From Bdellovibrionales bacterium (GTDB lineage Bacteria > Bdellovibrionota > Bdellovibrionia > Bdellovibrionales > UBA1609): 64,000 nucleotides of DNA. The notes under the pieces were generated by a model. It had not been told where the DNA came from, ran no database searches, and worked only from the letters and a program-made list of their open reading frames with translations. A program made the position numbers and the translations under genes. Numbering within the stretch: the first letter of the stretch is position 1; each line of letters begins with the position of its first letter. This document shows, piece after piece, positions 1 through 9,924 of the stretch. The stretch is from positions 96,001-160,000 of the forward strand of contig OZ241329.1 in assembly GCA_965199825.1 (NCBI GenBank). The letters run 5' to 3'.

Positions 1-319
1 GAATGATCTCGTCGGTCTCGTGAAACAATTGGCGGCGTTCGCTATGTCCAACCAGTGCATAACGGGCGCCGCACTCTGCAGCCACACTTGCCGAAATCTC
101 TCCGGTCAATGCTCCTGTCAATTCGGTTGAGATATTTTGAACCCCTAAAAATAATTTTGATCCCCTAATTTTTTGATCCGCTGTTTGCAAGACCAAAGCT
201 TGAGGGAAAATCAAAAACTCATGGGGTGAGCTTTTGATCATAAATAAAAATTCTTCTAAATATTTTTTGGTTTCGCTTAAGCCCTTATTGAGCTTCCAAT
301 TTCCGGCAATGATTTTCAT
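1..319 (-). CDS. tpiA: Triosephosphate isomerase, 5' part (runs off the window start)
   Basis: Manual translation from ATG at 319: MKIIAGNWKLNK...GALTGEIS...ALVGHSERRQLF (AGNWK and GHSERR motifs). ATGA overlap with the pgk stop. Confidence 0.95.
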   Translation of the reverse strand, partial: MKIIAGNWKLNKGLSETKKYLEEFLFMIKSSPHEFLIFPQALVLQTADQKIRGSKLFLGVQNISTELTGALTGEISASVAAECGARYALVGHSERRQLFHETDEII

Positions 320-1551
320 ATTTCGTCCTCAACAATTTCGGAGCGTTTGCGCGCTCTCAAAGCTTCAATCCCAGGTAATTTACGGCCTTCGAGATATTCT
401 AAGCTTGCGCCTCCACCGGTGGAGATGTGGCCCATTTTTGAAGCGTAGCCCGAGGCTTCGGCCGCTGCGGCTGAATCACCGCCGCCAACAATTGTGAGAG
501 CTGAACTCTCCGCCAAGGCTTTTGCCACCCCAAAAGTCCCTTGCGAGAGTTGAGGCTTTTCAAAAACACCCATCGGTCCATTCCAAAAAATTGTGCGAGC
601 GCGGGCAATGACCTTTTGAAATTCGATTAAAGTTTTTGGACCAATATCAAGACCCATAAATCCATCATCAATGGCCGAGGAATTTGTGGTGCGCAAATTT
701 TCAACCCGATCAAAACTTTCGCTCACTACATGGTCCACAGGCAGATAGATTTTTTTATTGCGCGCACTCATCCGGTCTAAAAGTTCTTTGGCAAAACGAA
801 CCTTATCTTTTTCAACACGAGAATTTCCAACTGAAACATTTTGTGCCGCCAAAAATGTATACGCCATGGCACCGCCGACAATAAACGAGTCCACACGGTC
901 CACCAAATTTTCGATCACTTTAATTTTGTCGCTCACTTTTGATCCGCCCAAGATTGCAACAAATGGCGACTCACTTTTAAATCGAACCAGATCGAGCATT
1001 TCGATTTCTTTTTTGATCAAAAATCCAATGCCGTGTTTGGCCACGAATTCGGGTAATCGTGTTATCGACATGTGCGCCCGATGTGAGGCCCCAAAGGCAT
1101 CGTTGATATAAATATCAACGTACTCGGCAATCGCTTGAGCATATTCGGGTTCATTTTTTTCTTCACCTGGATCAAATCGTAAATTTTCGAGCAAGATCAG
1201 CTGATTTTTTTTGAGTCCCGAAAGCAAAGCCTTTGGAGTTTCAGATCGCGGATCTTCGGTAAGAATCACATCCATATCTAAAAGAGCCTGAAGTCGTCGC
1301 GCAATCGGCTCCATCGATAAAGTGGTTCGGTCTTCGGGTGTGGTGGGACGACCTAAATGGGAGGCCAACACTAATTTTGCGCCGTGATCGCGTGCAAACT
1401 CGATGGTTGGAATGGCGGCTCGAATGCGGGTGTCATCAGAGATTTCGCCGTTTTGTAGCGGCACATTAAGATCTAAGCGAAGAAAAACTTTTTTTCCTTC
1501 CAGCTTAAAATCATTGATCACTTTGATCCCGTCGAGGGTTTTATTATGCAT
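316..1551 (-). CDS. pgk: Phosphoglycerate kinase
   Basis: RLDLNVP, SHLGRP, NDAFGASHRAH, WNGPMGVFE, GGGDS and STGGGASLEYLEG motifs; lies between gap and tpiA. Confidence 0.98.
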   Translation of the reverse strand: MHNKTLDGIKVINDFKLEGKKVFLRLDLNVPLQNGEISDDTRIRAAIPTIEFARDHGAKLVLASHLGRPTTPEDRTTLSMEPIARRLQALLDMDVILTEDPRSETPKALLSGLKKNQLILLENLRFDPGEEKNEPEYAQAIAEYVDIYINDAFGASHRAHMSITRLPEFVAKHGIGFLIKKEIEMLDLVRFKSESPFVAILGGSKVSDKIKVIENLVDRVDSFIVGGAMAYTFLAAQNVSVGNSRVEKDKVRFAKELLDRMSARNKKIYLPVDHVVSESFDRVENLRTTNSSAIDDGFMGLDIGPKTLIEFQKVIARARTIFWNGPMGVFEKPQLSQGTFGVAKALAESSALTIVGGGDSAAAAEASGYASKMGHISTGGGASLEYLEGRKLPGIEALRARKRSEIVEDEI

Positions 1552-1554
1552 TCT

Positions 1555-2556
1555 TTAAATTCCTTTTTTAGCCATATCCAATGCCATGTCGACCATACGT
1601 TCTGAAAAACCAACCTCATTGTCATACCAAGAAAACACTTTGGCAAAATTCGAACCCATCACCATCGTGCACTGAAGATCAACAATCGAGCTGTGGGGAT
1701 TTCCGATAAAATCAACACTGACCAACGGATCTTTTTCCACCGCAAGAATTCCTTTAAGGGTCGTATTTGCAGCCTCAGTCAAAGCTTGATTGATCGATTC
1801 GACACTCACCTCTTTTTTAGAAATAAAAGTCAGATCAACAAGACTGACATCGGGTGTGGGAACACGGATCGATGTGCCATCAAATTTTCCTTTTAGTTCA
1901 GGAATGATTTCGCCCACCGTCTTTGCGGCACCAGTTGTAGTGGGAATCATCGAGACCGCAGCCGAGCGCGCGCGGCGCAAATCCTTGTGTGGAGCATCGA
2001 GAAGTTGTTGATCATTGGTGTAGGAATGAATGGTTGTCATCAATCCCTTTTCGATTCCAAATCGATCTTCCAAAACGCGAGCAATCGGCGCCAAACAATT
2101 GGTGGTGCACGAGGCATTGCTAATCACATAGTGTTTTTGTGGATCATACATTTGATGATTGATTCCGTAGACCATTGTCAAATCCACACCGGGTGAGGGT
2201 GCAGAGACCAAAACACGTTTCGCTCCGGCTTTGATATGTTTGGTAAAATCCTCTTTGGTTTTGAATACACCCGTGCATTCCAAAACTAGATCACAACCCC
2301 ATGCCTTCCACGGAATATCTGCTGGGTCTTTACAGGCCGAGAGCGCAATTTTTTTGCCATTCACGATCAGATTATTTTTGTCGTGTTGAACATCCGCTTT
2401 GAATTGGCCGTGGGTGCTATCATATTTCAACAGATGTGCGGCTTGCTCAGCATCACCTAAATTGTTGATACCGACAATATCGAATTTTTCAAAACCCGCA
2501 CGAAATAAAATTCGTCCGATACGTCCAAAACCATTGATGCCTACTTTTAATTTCAT
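1555..2556 (-). CDS. gap: Glyceraldehyde-3-phosphate dehydrogenase, type I
   Basis: GINGFGRIGR, ASCTTNCLAP, WYDNE; GGAGG ribosome-binding site upstream. Confidence 0.98.
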   Translation of the reverse strand: MKLKVGINGFGRIGRILFRAGFEKFDIVGINNLGDAEQAAHLLKYDSTHGQFKADVQHDKNNLIVNGKKIALSACKDPADIPWKAWGCDLVLECTGVFKTKEDFTKHIKAGAKRVLVSAPSPGVDLTMVYGINHQMYDPQKHYVISNASCTTNCLAPIARVLEDRFGIEKGLMTTIHSYTNDQQLLDAPHKDLRRARSAAVSMIPTTTGAAKTVGEIIPELKGKFDGTSIRVPTPDVSLVDLTFISKKEVSVESINQALTEAANTTLKGILAVEKDPLVSVDFIGNPHSSIVDLQCTMVMGSNFAKVFSWYDNEVGFSERMVDMALDMAKKGI

Positions 2557-2581
2557 ATTTCCTCCAAGCCAGATGTTTGGC

Positions 2582-3355
2582 TTACATGAAGTTCATTTTT
2601 GAAAATAGCTTTTTTGCGTTATCTTGGGTGATCTTCGAAAACTCTGTTAAAGAAATGTTTCTCATCTCGCTCACACACTTTGCAGTCTCAACCACAAAAG
2701 CGGGAACATTTTTTTTACCACGAAAAGGCACTGGACTTAAGAAGGGCGAATCGGTTTCGACATGAATCCGATCAAGTGGGATAGTTAAAACCACATCACG
2801 CAAAGCTTGGGCATTTTTGAATGTGACAATTCCACTGATCGAAATATTGAGTCCCAATTCGAGCGCTTGATCACACAACCACTGCGTCCCGGTAAAACAA
2901 TGAAGAATCCCGCGAACCCGGCCGCCAAATTCTTTTAATATTTCCACCGTGTCCTGTTCGGCCTCACGGGTATGAATCTGCACCGGTAAATCTTTGCTCA
3001 AAGCAATTTCAAGCTGACGCCGAAAAACTTTTTTTTGAACCTCGCGATCCGAAGTCTCGCGGTAATAATCAAGCCCCATTTCGCCTGCGGCAACAACCCT
3101 TGGATGCTCAAAACTCTGAAGTAAAAACTCTTCGATCTCTGTTGAATAGTGCGCAGCCTCTTCGGGATGAATTCCCAAACTGGCATAAACATAGGGCGAA
3201 AATTGATCGGCGTAGCCTAACACTTTTTTGAGGTCATCGGGATGGGTCCCAATCGAAATCATGCGGGTGACATTGGCCGCTTGCGCCTGCTTGACCGCTT
3301 CTTCAGGCGGGATCTCAAGGATGTTGAGATGTGCATGAACATCGGTCCACTCCAT
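2582..3355 (-). CDS. tatD: TatD family hydrolase/DNase
   Basis: DVHAH, GIHP, GEMGLDY, IHTREA, HCFTG, ETDSPFLSPVP; canonical tmk-holB-tatD order. Confidence 0.9.
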   Translation of the reverse strand: MEWTDVHAHLNILEIPPEEAVKQAQAANVTRMISIGTHPDDLKKVLGYADQFSPYVYASLGIHPEEAAHYSTEIEEFLLQSFEHPRVVAAGEMGLDYYRETSDREVQKKVFRRQLEIALSKDLPVQIHTREAEQDTVEILKEFGGRVRGILHCFTGTQWLCDQALELGLNISISGIVTFKNAQALRDVVLTIPLDRIHVETDSPFLSPVPFRGKKNVPAFVVETAKCVSEMRNISLTEFSKITQDNAKKLFSKMNFM

Positions 3356-3356
3356 T

Positions 3357-4223
3357 TCAAAAATTCTCCATAATTAAATTTTTATCGACATGAGCTTTTA
3401 AATCATCATCCATCTTCAACAGATTTTTAAAAATCAGATCGAGCTGACGTGTCTCGAGTGGAATCGCCTCAATCAAATCTTGATGAATCAAAGAGGTCGA
3501 GAGTTTTTGCACCCGAAAGTCGCGCACCATCTGTCTTAATAAACGTGTGACCTGATTGAGATCTTGATTTTTAAGACCCGCAAAAATTTCCCTCGTCGGT
3601 TGATTTTTCAGCCGCTTTTTTAAAAGGTCGTAGCAGGTTTGTCTTAAAGAATTATCACCCATAAGATTCTTTAACGCCTCAACCTGACCGAGCGAGGCCT
3701 TGTACATCCACGGCTCAGCGGCGGGCTCAATTTTTTTTAAGGCCTCTTGAGAAAGTGCACCAAATCGGACTTGCTCGGATCGTGAACGTAGAGTTGGCAA
3801 AACCATATGAAGATTTGAGGTGATCAAAAAAAAGAAAGTGTCTGGAGGTGGCTCCTCAAGATTTTTGAGCAAGGCATTGGCCGCAGGTGGAGTCATTTGA
3901 CTTAGATCATCGATAACAATCACTCGCTTGGCGCTTTTCAGTTTTAAAAAATCAATCACAGTTTCGGACTGGGCCAATTTGATTTGGGTTTCTGATCGAA
4001 CCACCAGCAGGGATTCATGCTGCTCATTTTCTACACGCAAACAAGACCCGCACTGTCCGCATCCACCAGAAACACACAATATCTTTTGGGCAAATCCGAG
4101 GGCCACCTTTTTTTTGCCCACATTGGGTGGCCCAACCAAAAGGTGCACTGGCTTTTGGAGCGATCGATCGAGTTTTGAAATTGCGGCATCTTGGCCAAAA
4201 ACATTTTTTAGGATTTGAGCCAT
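3357..4223 (-). CDS. holB: DNA polymerase III delta' subunit
   Basis: GPPNVGKK, zinc module C..CGQCGSC, AANALLKNLEEPP, LPTLRSR; follows tmk. Confidence 0.9.
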   Translation of the reverse strand: MAQILKNVFGQDAAISKLDRSLQKPVHLLVGPPNVGKKKVALGFAQKILCVSGGCGQCGSCLRVENEQHESLLVVRSETQIKLAQSETVIDFLKLKSAKRVIVIDDLSQMTPPAANALLKNLEEPPPDTFFFLITSNLHMVLPTLRSRSEQVRFGALSQEALKKIEPAAEPWMYKASLGQVEALKNLMGDNSLRQTCYDLLKKRLKNQPTREIFAGLKNQDLNQVTRLLRQMVRDFRVQKLSTSLIHQDLIEAIPLETRQLDLIFKNLLKMDDDLKAHVDKNLIMENF

Positions 4224-4822
4224 TGTCGCCTTTTTAATTCTAACAAGAGATTATCAAAAAGAACTTCTGGCGATTGGCTCGAGGAATCGAGCACCAGCCA
4301 AGTTTCGGTCACCAGTTCGAGATATTTTTTGCGCACGCGTTCGTGAAAGTCCTTGGCTTCAGCTTCGAGACGATCAAGTTTAAAGTTTTTTTTGCGTTCG
4401 GCACTTTTTTCTACGCTGAGGTCTAACAGAACTGTGAGGTCGGGCTTGATATTTTGGGTGGCAAAATTGTCTATAGTCTCGATCATTTTGAAATCCAGAT
4501 TTCTCCCGCCGCATTGAAATGCATAGGTCGAGGCCGAAAAACGATCACAAAGCACCCACATATTTTTTTGTAAACTGGGTTTGATTAATTTTTCCACATG
4601 CTGACTGCGTGCGGCTTCGTACAACAAAACTTCGGCTAATGAAACAGGCTCGTCAGAAGTTTTTTTTAACAACAAGGCCCGAATCTCTTCGGCTAAGGGG
4701 GTTCCGCCGGGTTCGCGCGTGACCACATGCTCTTGACCCTTTTGTTTTAAATAAGTGCTGAGGCGTCGGACCAGGGTGGATTTTCCCGAACCATCAAGGC
4801 CCTCAAAAACAACAAACGGCAT
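4208..4822 (-). CDS. tmk: Thymidylate kinase
   Basis: FEGLDGSGKST P-loop, TREPGGT, CDRF. Start moved to ATG 4822 (MPFVVFEG); the ORF-track extension overlaps secG. Confidence 0.95.
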   Translation of the reverse strand: MPFVVFEGLDGSGKSTLVRRLSTYLKQKGQEHVVTREPGGTPLAEEIRALLLKKTSDEPVSLAEVLLYEAARSQHVEKLIKPSLQKNMWVLCDRFSASTYAFQCGGRNLDFKMIETIDNFATQNIKPDLTVLLDLSVEKSAERKKNFKLDRLEAEAKDFHERVRKKYLELVTETWLVLDSSSQSPEVLFDNLLLELKRRQWLKS

Positions 4823-4877
4823 AATCTTTGACTCCGTGAATATCCATCCTCTATACCTGTTGATCGGAGGAATTGAA

Positions 4878-5234
4878 ATGATCACACTTGTCGCCGTACT
4901 TCACCTGCTTTCTGCTCTAACTTTGATATTGCTAGTTTTGATTCAAGATCCAAAAGGTGGGGCCATGGGCGTCTTTGGCGCTGGCGGAAGTAGCTCAAAC
5001 AGTTTCTTTGGCTCAACCGGTGCAACTAATTTTTTATCAAAATTGACCCGCTGGATGGCGATCGTTTTTGCTTGCTGCTGTTTGATGTTGGCCTATCTCA
5101 ACACTCGACACGGCGGCAGTGCGATGGATAATTTTGCGGCACCTTCAGCTCCCGCTGCACCTTCGGCACCCGCAAGTGCTGCTCCCTCTGCCCCAACCTC
5201 CGAAGCCCCACAGACTCCTCCCGAAAGTAAATGA
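4878..5234 (+). CDS. secG: Preprotein translocase subunit SecG with a Pro/Ala-rich tail
   Basis: LVLIQDPKGG...FGSTGATNFLSKLT, two TM segments; GGAGG at 4866-4870 before ATG 4878. Confidence 0.92.
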   Translation: MITLVAVLHLLSALTLILLVLIQDPKGGAMGVFGAGGSSSNSFFGSTGATNFLSKLTRWMAIVFACCCLMLAYLNTRHGGSAMDNFAAPSAPAAPSAPASAAPSAPTSEAPQTPPESK

Positions 5235-6034
5235 GCTATTTTTGGCAAGGGCTAAAAATTGGTTTAGCTCTGCTTGCGCTCTTGGTGTTGTGGAAAAATC
5301 AATCGATTGCCAATTATTTTAATTCTCATTTTTTTGCAAAGCCCTCTGCACCCCTCTTGCGTGAGGTTGCAACCGTTTTAGAAATTAAAGGACATGTGAC
5401 CACACCCTCAGCGTTGGTGGAAAATACCGAAGTCGAAATCGGTAAGGAGAGTGCACTCCGGGTTCAATTTTTTGATGGCACCGAACTCGAATTTTTATCT
5501 GAAACCCGAGTGGTCTTTGATTTTTGGAATCGGATGATGCCCAACTCACCGGCACTGGTATGGATGCTCAACGGCGATTTTAATTTGATCAAAGCAGGCT
5601 CAATGGATCAGGTTTTTATGGTGCATGCGGGCCAAATATTTACTCCTTCCACCAAACCGAAAAAATGGACCCCGCCCGTTGTGGTTGCGGTTGAAACCGA
5701 AAAAACAGAAGCGCCTGCGCCACTTGTTGTTCAACCAAAGAGCCAGTCCCTTTCGTTAACGAATGAATATATGGACGACATGATCGCCAACCAACGTCAG
5801 CGTCTTATCAATTGTCAGCAAAATACGGCGCGCGCCGAAGGCGAGGCAAACGGGTTGATTGTGGTTGGATTTCGAATTACCAACGAGGGCAAAGTTTTGG
5901 AGCCAAGAGTGATTGGTGCAACCGAACTGGATCAAGGACTGCAAAATTGTGTTTTAGAAGTGATCTCCGAAATACGATTTAAATCTTTTGTGGGAGCTGA
6001 GATTGTGCGCTCCATTGAATTCAATTTCGAATAG
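5231..6034 (+). CDS. Membrane-anchored protein: FecR-like beta domain, Pro-rich linker, TonB-C/AgmX-PglI-like C-terminal domain
   Basis: N-terminal TM; LRVQFFDGTELEFLSETRV (FecR-like); C-terminal GLIVVGFRITNEGKV...LQNCVLEVISEIRF with a Cys pair. Confidence 0.6.
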   Translation: MSYFWQGLKIGLALLALLVLWKNQSIANYFNSHFFAKPSAPLLREVATVLEIKGHVTTPSALVENTEVEIGKESALRVQFFDGTELEFLSETRVVFDFWNRMMPNSPALVWMLNGDFNLIKAGSMDQVFMVHAGQIFTPSTKPKKWTPPVVVAVETEKTEAPAPLVVQPKSQSLSLTNEYMDDMIANQRQRLINCQQNTARAEGEANGLIVVGFRITNEGKVLEPRVIGATELDQGLQNCVLEVISEIRFKSFVGAEIVRSIEFNFE

Positions 6035-6036
6035 TT

Positions 6037-7116
6037 TTAGCGATAGTCATGAAGATAGTCGACGTCATTGGGAACCCATGGATCTGTCGCCCCTTCGACC
6101 TCAAATACCCGCGAACCAATTTGGGTTGTGACTGATGAGGGCTCAACCGGACTCAACCATCTTTTTGGAAAAATCTGATGTTCGATCAAATAAGGAATTA
6201 TTTTTTCGACCACGGGTGCACCCAAAACTTTTCGTTTGATCATGTCGACTAAGCTTCCCTGAAGCTCTTCGCTGGTGAAAAAAAAGTTGAGCATCAGATC
6301 CTGGGCAATTTTTAAAACCTGTTCTTCGGTCAGACGCTGATCCTGACAGAGATCAAGAGCCACCTGAAAACTGTTGTAGGTGGGCACAGTTCGTCTGCCA
6401 AATTTGGCGTAGTATTCGGCATCGGTATCATCAGCCAAATTGATATAAATCTTTTCGATCGGATCTTGTTCAGGCACTTGAGATTGTAAATTTAAAATCA
6501 ATTCGGTTTGCTCACCGGTCACACGGTAGGCCTTTAAGATGTGTTCCAATCGTGAGTCTTTTATTCGTCGGGCGCAAATGTCTGAGTACAGAGAATAGAT
6601 CACCGCATCGGATTCGCTATCATCGCCCCACATCACCTGTCGCACACGCTCGCCCAAAAATAATCGCATCTGCAAAAGAGCTTGAAGTTTGTAGCCGACC
6701 TGTTGGGTCAGCCGCCACAGTCTTGAAGGCACAAGGTTTTGAAGATTGTCTTTAAAAAAAATGCCAAAGGGATAAATACCATCAAGGTTGAGTTTTTGAT
6801 GAATGCGGTATTCGAGTTGCGGCGGCGATCCGGTGATAAAATAAATCGGGAAATCAAAAGGAGATTTATTTGATTCTTGCAGCGAATTTCTTAAAGCGCG
6901 AACTAAGGTAGCGGTGCCGGGAACATTGCGTTTTTGAAATGCTTTTTCGAGCGCTGTTTTGATGAGCCCGATTGGCGACTCAAAGCGTGTGTCCAAATAA
7001 GTTTTATCGAGATCCCAAACAAATACCTCACGGGAATCTTTCTCTGCGGTACCTTGTGCGTAACGAAAGAAAACGACATCCTGAGTAATTTCAGCTCGAT
7101 CGCGCCAGTCAGACAT
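6037..7116 (-). CDS. HAD-superfamily phosphatase (App1/LNS2-like catalytic domain)
   Basis: WDLDKTYL (DxDxT), ITGSP and WGDDSESD motifs. Confidence 0.65.
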   Translation of the reverse strand: MSDWRDRAEITQDVVFFRYAQGTAEKDSREVFVWDLDKTYLDTRFESPIGLIKTALEKAFQKRNVPGTATLVRALRNSLQESNKSPFDFPIYFITGSPPQLEYRIHQKLNLDGIYPFGIFFKDNLQNLVPSRLWRLTQQVGYKLQALLQMRLFLGERVRQVMWGDDSESDAVIYSLYSDICARRIKDSRLEHILKAYRVTGEQTELILNLQSQVPEQDPIEKIYINLADDTDAEYYAKFGRRTVPTYNSFQVALDLCQDQRLTEEQVLKIAQDLMLNFFFTSEELQGSLVDMIKRKVLGAPVVEKIIPYLIEHQIFPKRWLSPVEPSSVTTQIGSRVFEVEGATDPWVPNDVDYLHDYR

Positions 7117-7156
7117 GCCGTGGACAACCTCTTTTACCGTGTGCTAGTGAATCCTC

Positions 7157-7912
7157 ATGATACTGAAAAGCATTGAAGAATGCGATCGCCGATTCGATTT
7201 TTTTTCATTAAAGGTCTGGCCCACCGCTTTGCCTCCCATTGCGTATAAGTCACACCTTCTCTGCGGCTTTGCGCGCCGTGATGGAATCGCAATCTCGATA
7301 GATAACACTGCACTCGAGATCTTGCTGATTGCCATCTACAAAGAATTAAATATTTTTGAACTCTCAAGGCTTTTTGCGATTGAGCCTCAACTTGATTTTT
7401 CTTACCTCGCCGAAAGGTCAGGTTTTTCTTGGTGTGAAAATCTTAAACTCAGTTTGATCACGATAAAGAATCTTGATTTAGCCACTCAGCACTGGATGGA
7501 ACAAAAAAGTTTTTCGGCACGGGATATACAAATACTTCGATCTTTTTCGGATTATCAAAAGTTGATTCCAATTTTTGACTATCTTAAAAATTCTTCGGCC
7601 TCAAAATCAGAAGCGGTTCAAATTTTAGAGATCGCGGGTGAGCTGATTCTTTTAGAGCGCCCTCTTCCCCAACTCAATACTTCGTCAGCCGCCCTCATTG
7701 AAGATCTTGAAAAATTAAGATCACCAATGGCCAACTCCACGACCCAAACCAAAAACAATAAATTGGGTGAGTGGTCATGGCCCAAGTCGACCTCAGGAAA
7801 ATTTATGAGGCGTGGAGACCAAACTCAAATTGAAGTGAAAATCCAAGCAAGCTCTGCCCAAGAACTCAAAACTAGGTTAAGCGCCTTGGAGGGTTTGAGT
7901 GCCTACCTTTGA
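7157..7912 (+). CDS. Hypothetical protein, possibly a degenerate ParB-like N-terminal domain; coupled to the downstream radical SAM gene
   Basis: 251-aa ORF; LLCGFARR resembles the ParB GxxR motif; 14-bp overlap with the next gene. Confidence 0.55.
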   Translation: MILKSIEECDRRFDFFSLKVWPTALPPIAYKSHLLCGFARRDGIAISIDNTALEILLIAIYKELNIFELSRLFAIEPQLDFSYLAERSGFSWCENLKLSLITIKNLDLATQHWMEQKSFSARDIQILRSFSDYQKLIPIFDYLKNSSASKSEAVQILEIAGELILLERPLPQLNTSSAALIEDLEKLRSPMANSTTQTKNNKLGEWSWPKSTSGKFMRRGDQTQIEVKIQASSAQELKTRLSALEGLSAYL

Positions 7913-9008
7913 TCACATATTTATTGATGAGCGAGCAAAGACCAGTGCTGTGGCCCAAAGATTTAAAACTTTGTTTTCAAATTGGACCATCACAACATCG
8001 CAGCCATTTGATGAAGGGACTTTGTCGCCTCAAGAATTTGATCGCTCTAAAAGAAATTTATTTATAACACCTTTCGAAGGTCAGTTTTTTAAGCGGTGTC
8101 CAGGTTCACGACCAGGCCTTCAGTGCTGCAATTACTTCGTGCTGAATCTTGGACTTCAATGCGATATGAATTGTTCCTACTGCTATTTACAAAGTTTTAT
8201 TAATTCACCGGTACTTAAAGTTTACAGCAATATCGAAAAAGCTTTTTCAGAACTTGATCAATTTTCAAATTTAAATGGATTGCGGATTGGCACAGGCGAA
8301 GTGATTGATTCATTAAGTCTTGATCCTTTGACGTTGTATTCGAATCTTTTGATCGAGTACTTTCGATCGCGTCCTCAATGGACACTCGAATTTAAGACCA
8401 AATCGGCCCATGTCGATCAGTTTTTGGATTGTCCCCATGCCCAAAATGTTTTGGTCAGCTGGTCGATCAATCCCCAATTTATTATTTCAAGCGAAGAGCA
8501 TTTAACCGCTTCGCTTGATGAGCGCTTTGAAGCTGCCAAAAAATGTATAGCCAATAAATTTAAAGTGGCCTTTCATCTTGACCCATTGATTTGGCATCCC
8601 GAGTGGAAGCAAAATTACGGCGAACTTGTCGACCGTATCTGTGCGGAGTTTTCGCCCGAAGATTTGACCACATTGTCGGTAGGTGCATTGCGCTTTCAAC
8701 CCGAGCAAAAAGCGATGATGCGCGAACGCTTCGGCATGAAGAGTTATGTCACACAGGCAGAGATGTTTAAAAGCAAAGATGGAAAGTTACGATATGCCCA
8801 AGAAATCAGAAACGAAATGTTTGAGTTTGTGGTCAGTCGATTTCGCCAACATGAAAAAAAATGGCGCATCTTTTTGTGCATGGAAACTCCCGAATCTTGG
8901 CTTAAGGCATTTGATTCACAACCCCAAAAGCTCGAAAATCTAAATTCACTTTACGATTCGACCAATCTTAGAAATTATAAAAAATTGCGTTTAGAGAGCG
9001 AGCAATAA
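7899..9008 (+). CDS. Spore photoproduct lyase (SplB)-family radical SAM protein
   Basis: CDMNCSYCYLQ (CxxxCxxC followed by YL), LEFKTKS, SWSINP, FHLDP, LCME. Confidence 0.85.
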   Translation: MPTFDHIFIDERAKTSAVAQRFKTLFSNWTITTSQPFDEGTLSPQEFDRSKRNLFITPFEGQFFKRCPGSRPGLQCCNYFVLNLGLQCDMNCSYCYLQSFINSPVLKVYSNIEKAFSELDQFSNLNGLRIGTGEVIDSLSLDPLTLYSNLLIEYFRSRPQWTLEFKTKSAHVDQFLDCPHAQNVLVSWSINPQFIISSEEHLTASLDERFEAAKKCIANKFKVAFHLDPLIWHPEWKQNYGELVDRICAEFSPEDLTTLSVGALRFQPEQKAMMRERFGMKSYVTQAEMFKSKDGKLRYAQEIRNEMFEFVVSRFRQHEKKWRIFLCMETPESWLKAFDSQPQKLENLNSLYDSTNLRNYKKLRLESEQ

Positions 9009-9914
9009 GAAAGCGGCGATATTTCCGATAAAGGTCACTGCGGCTACCAGCGGCTTCCACTCTCGAACTTGTGTTTGAACCGGACTCATCTCGGGATTGT
9101 AGATTGCGGGATTGGCATTTTTTAATTTGTCGCTTAAGCGAAATTCCGACTGCAGCCGATTGACCTCTTTTGGAAATCGCACCAGCGCAAATTCTTTGAT
9201 TGGATCTTTGGTTGTGCGCGTGAGCTCAACCACCGCAAATTCTTTTTCGATTCGCGACACCTTGCCTTCGGCATAGACTTCAACTTTTCCACCTTCTAAA
9301 AAGACAGGTTTAAAGTTGACCGCTTCCACTTTGATCAGCTGAGCATCATCGCCCGGATGAATATGGGTGTTGAGACCCATCTCCACATGAATATAACTTT
9401 TTTTATTTTCCTTATAGACTGGCGCATTTTTGATCGGATCAATTTCAACATAGGCCTGGTAGGGAATGCTTGCCAAAAAATCATTGGCCAATTTTTTTGC
9501 TGCCGGCATCAATTGATCTTGGATCGGGACTGAGGGATTCACATTGAATTCATTGTTCCAAAGTAATCGTCCATAGTCGGCATCGTAGACAAGCATATGC
9601 AGTTTACGATCACGGTAGTAAAGGGTGATCAGCGCATTGGCATCCAGAATGGTGCCTAAGGTGATTGCATCTGCAGGAGTCAATTCACCTCGGGGCTGAT
9701 AGACATCTTTTTGTTGAAGAAAATTTTTTGAGGCAATCAAAAATCTTTTGTTGGAGGTCAGGATCTCTCGTACCGCAAACCAGGAATCCTCAGATCCCTT
9801 CGCAAGTCCTGGATCGGCCTTCATCGGAAACACCGAAATCCTGCGCACCAGCTGATGTTGGCTTTGGCCCATTGCCGAATAACTAAAAAGGACCAAACAA
9901 AAAAGAAATTTCAT
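8991..9914 (-). CDS. Hypothetical exported protein with a C-terminal hydrophobic anchor
   Basis: Signal-peptide-like MKFLFCLVLFSYSAMG from ATG 9914; ends LVAAVTFIGNIAAFLLLAL. Confidence 0.7.
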   Translation of the reverse strand: MKFLFCLVLFSYSAMGQSQHQLVRRISVFPMKADPGLAKGSEDSWFAVREILTSNKRFLIASKNFLQQKDVYQPRGELTPADAITLGTILDANALITLYYRDRKLHMLVYDADYGRLLWNNEFNVNPSVPIQDQLMPAAKKLANDFLASIPYQAYVEIDPIKNAPVYKENKKSYIHVEMGLNTHIHPGDDAQLIKVEAVNFKPVFLEGGKVEVYAEGKVSRIEKEFAVVELTRTTKDPIKEFALVRFPKEVNRLQSEFRLSDKLKNANPAIYNPEMSPVQTQVREWKPLVAAVTFIGNIAAFLLLAL

Positions 9915-9924
9915 CTCGCTAAGT

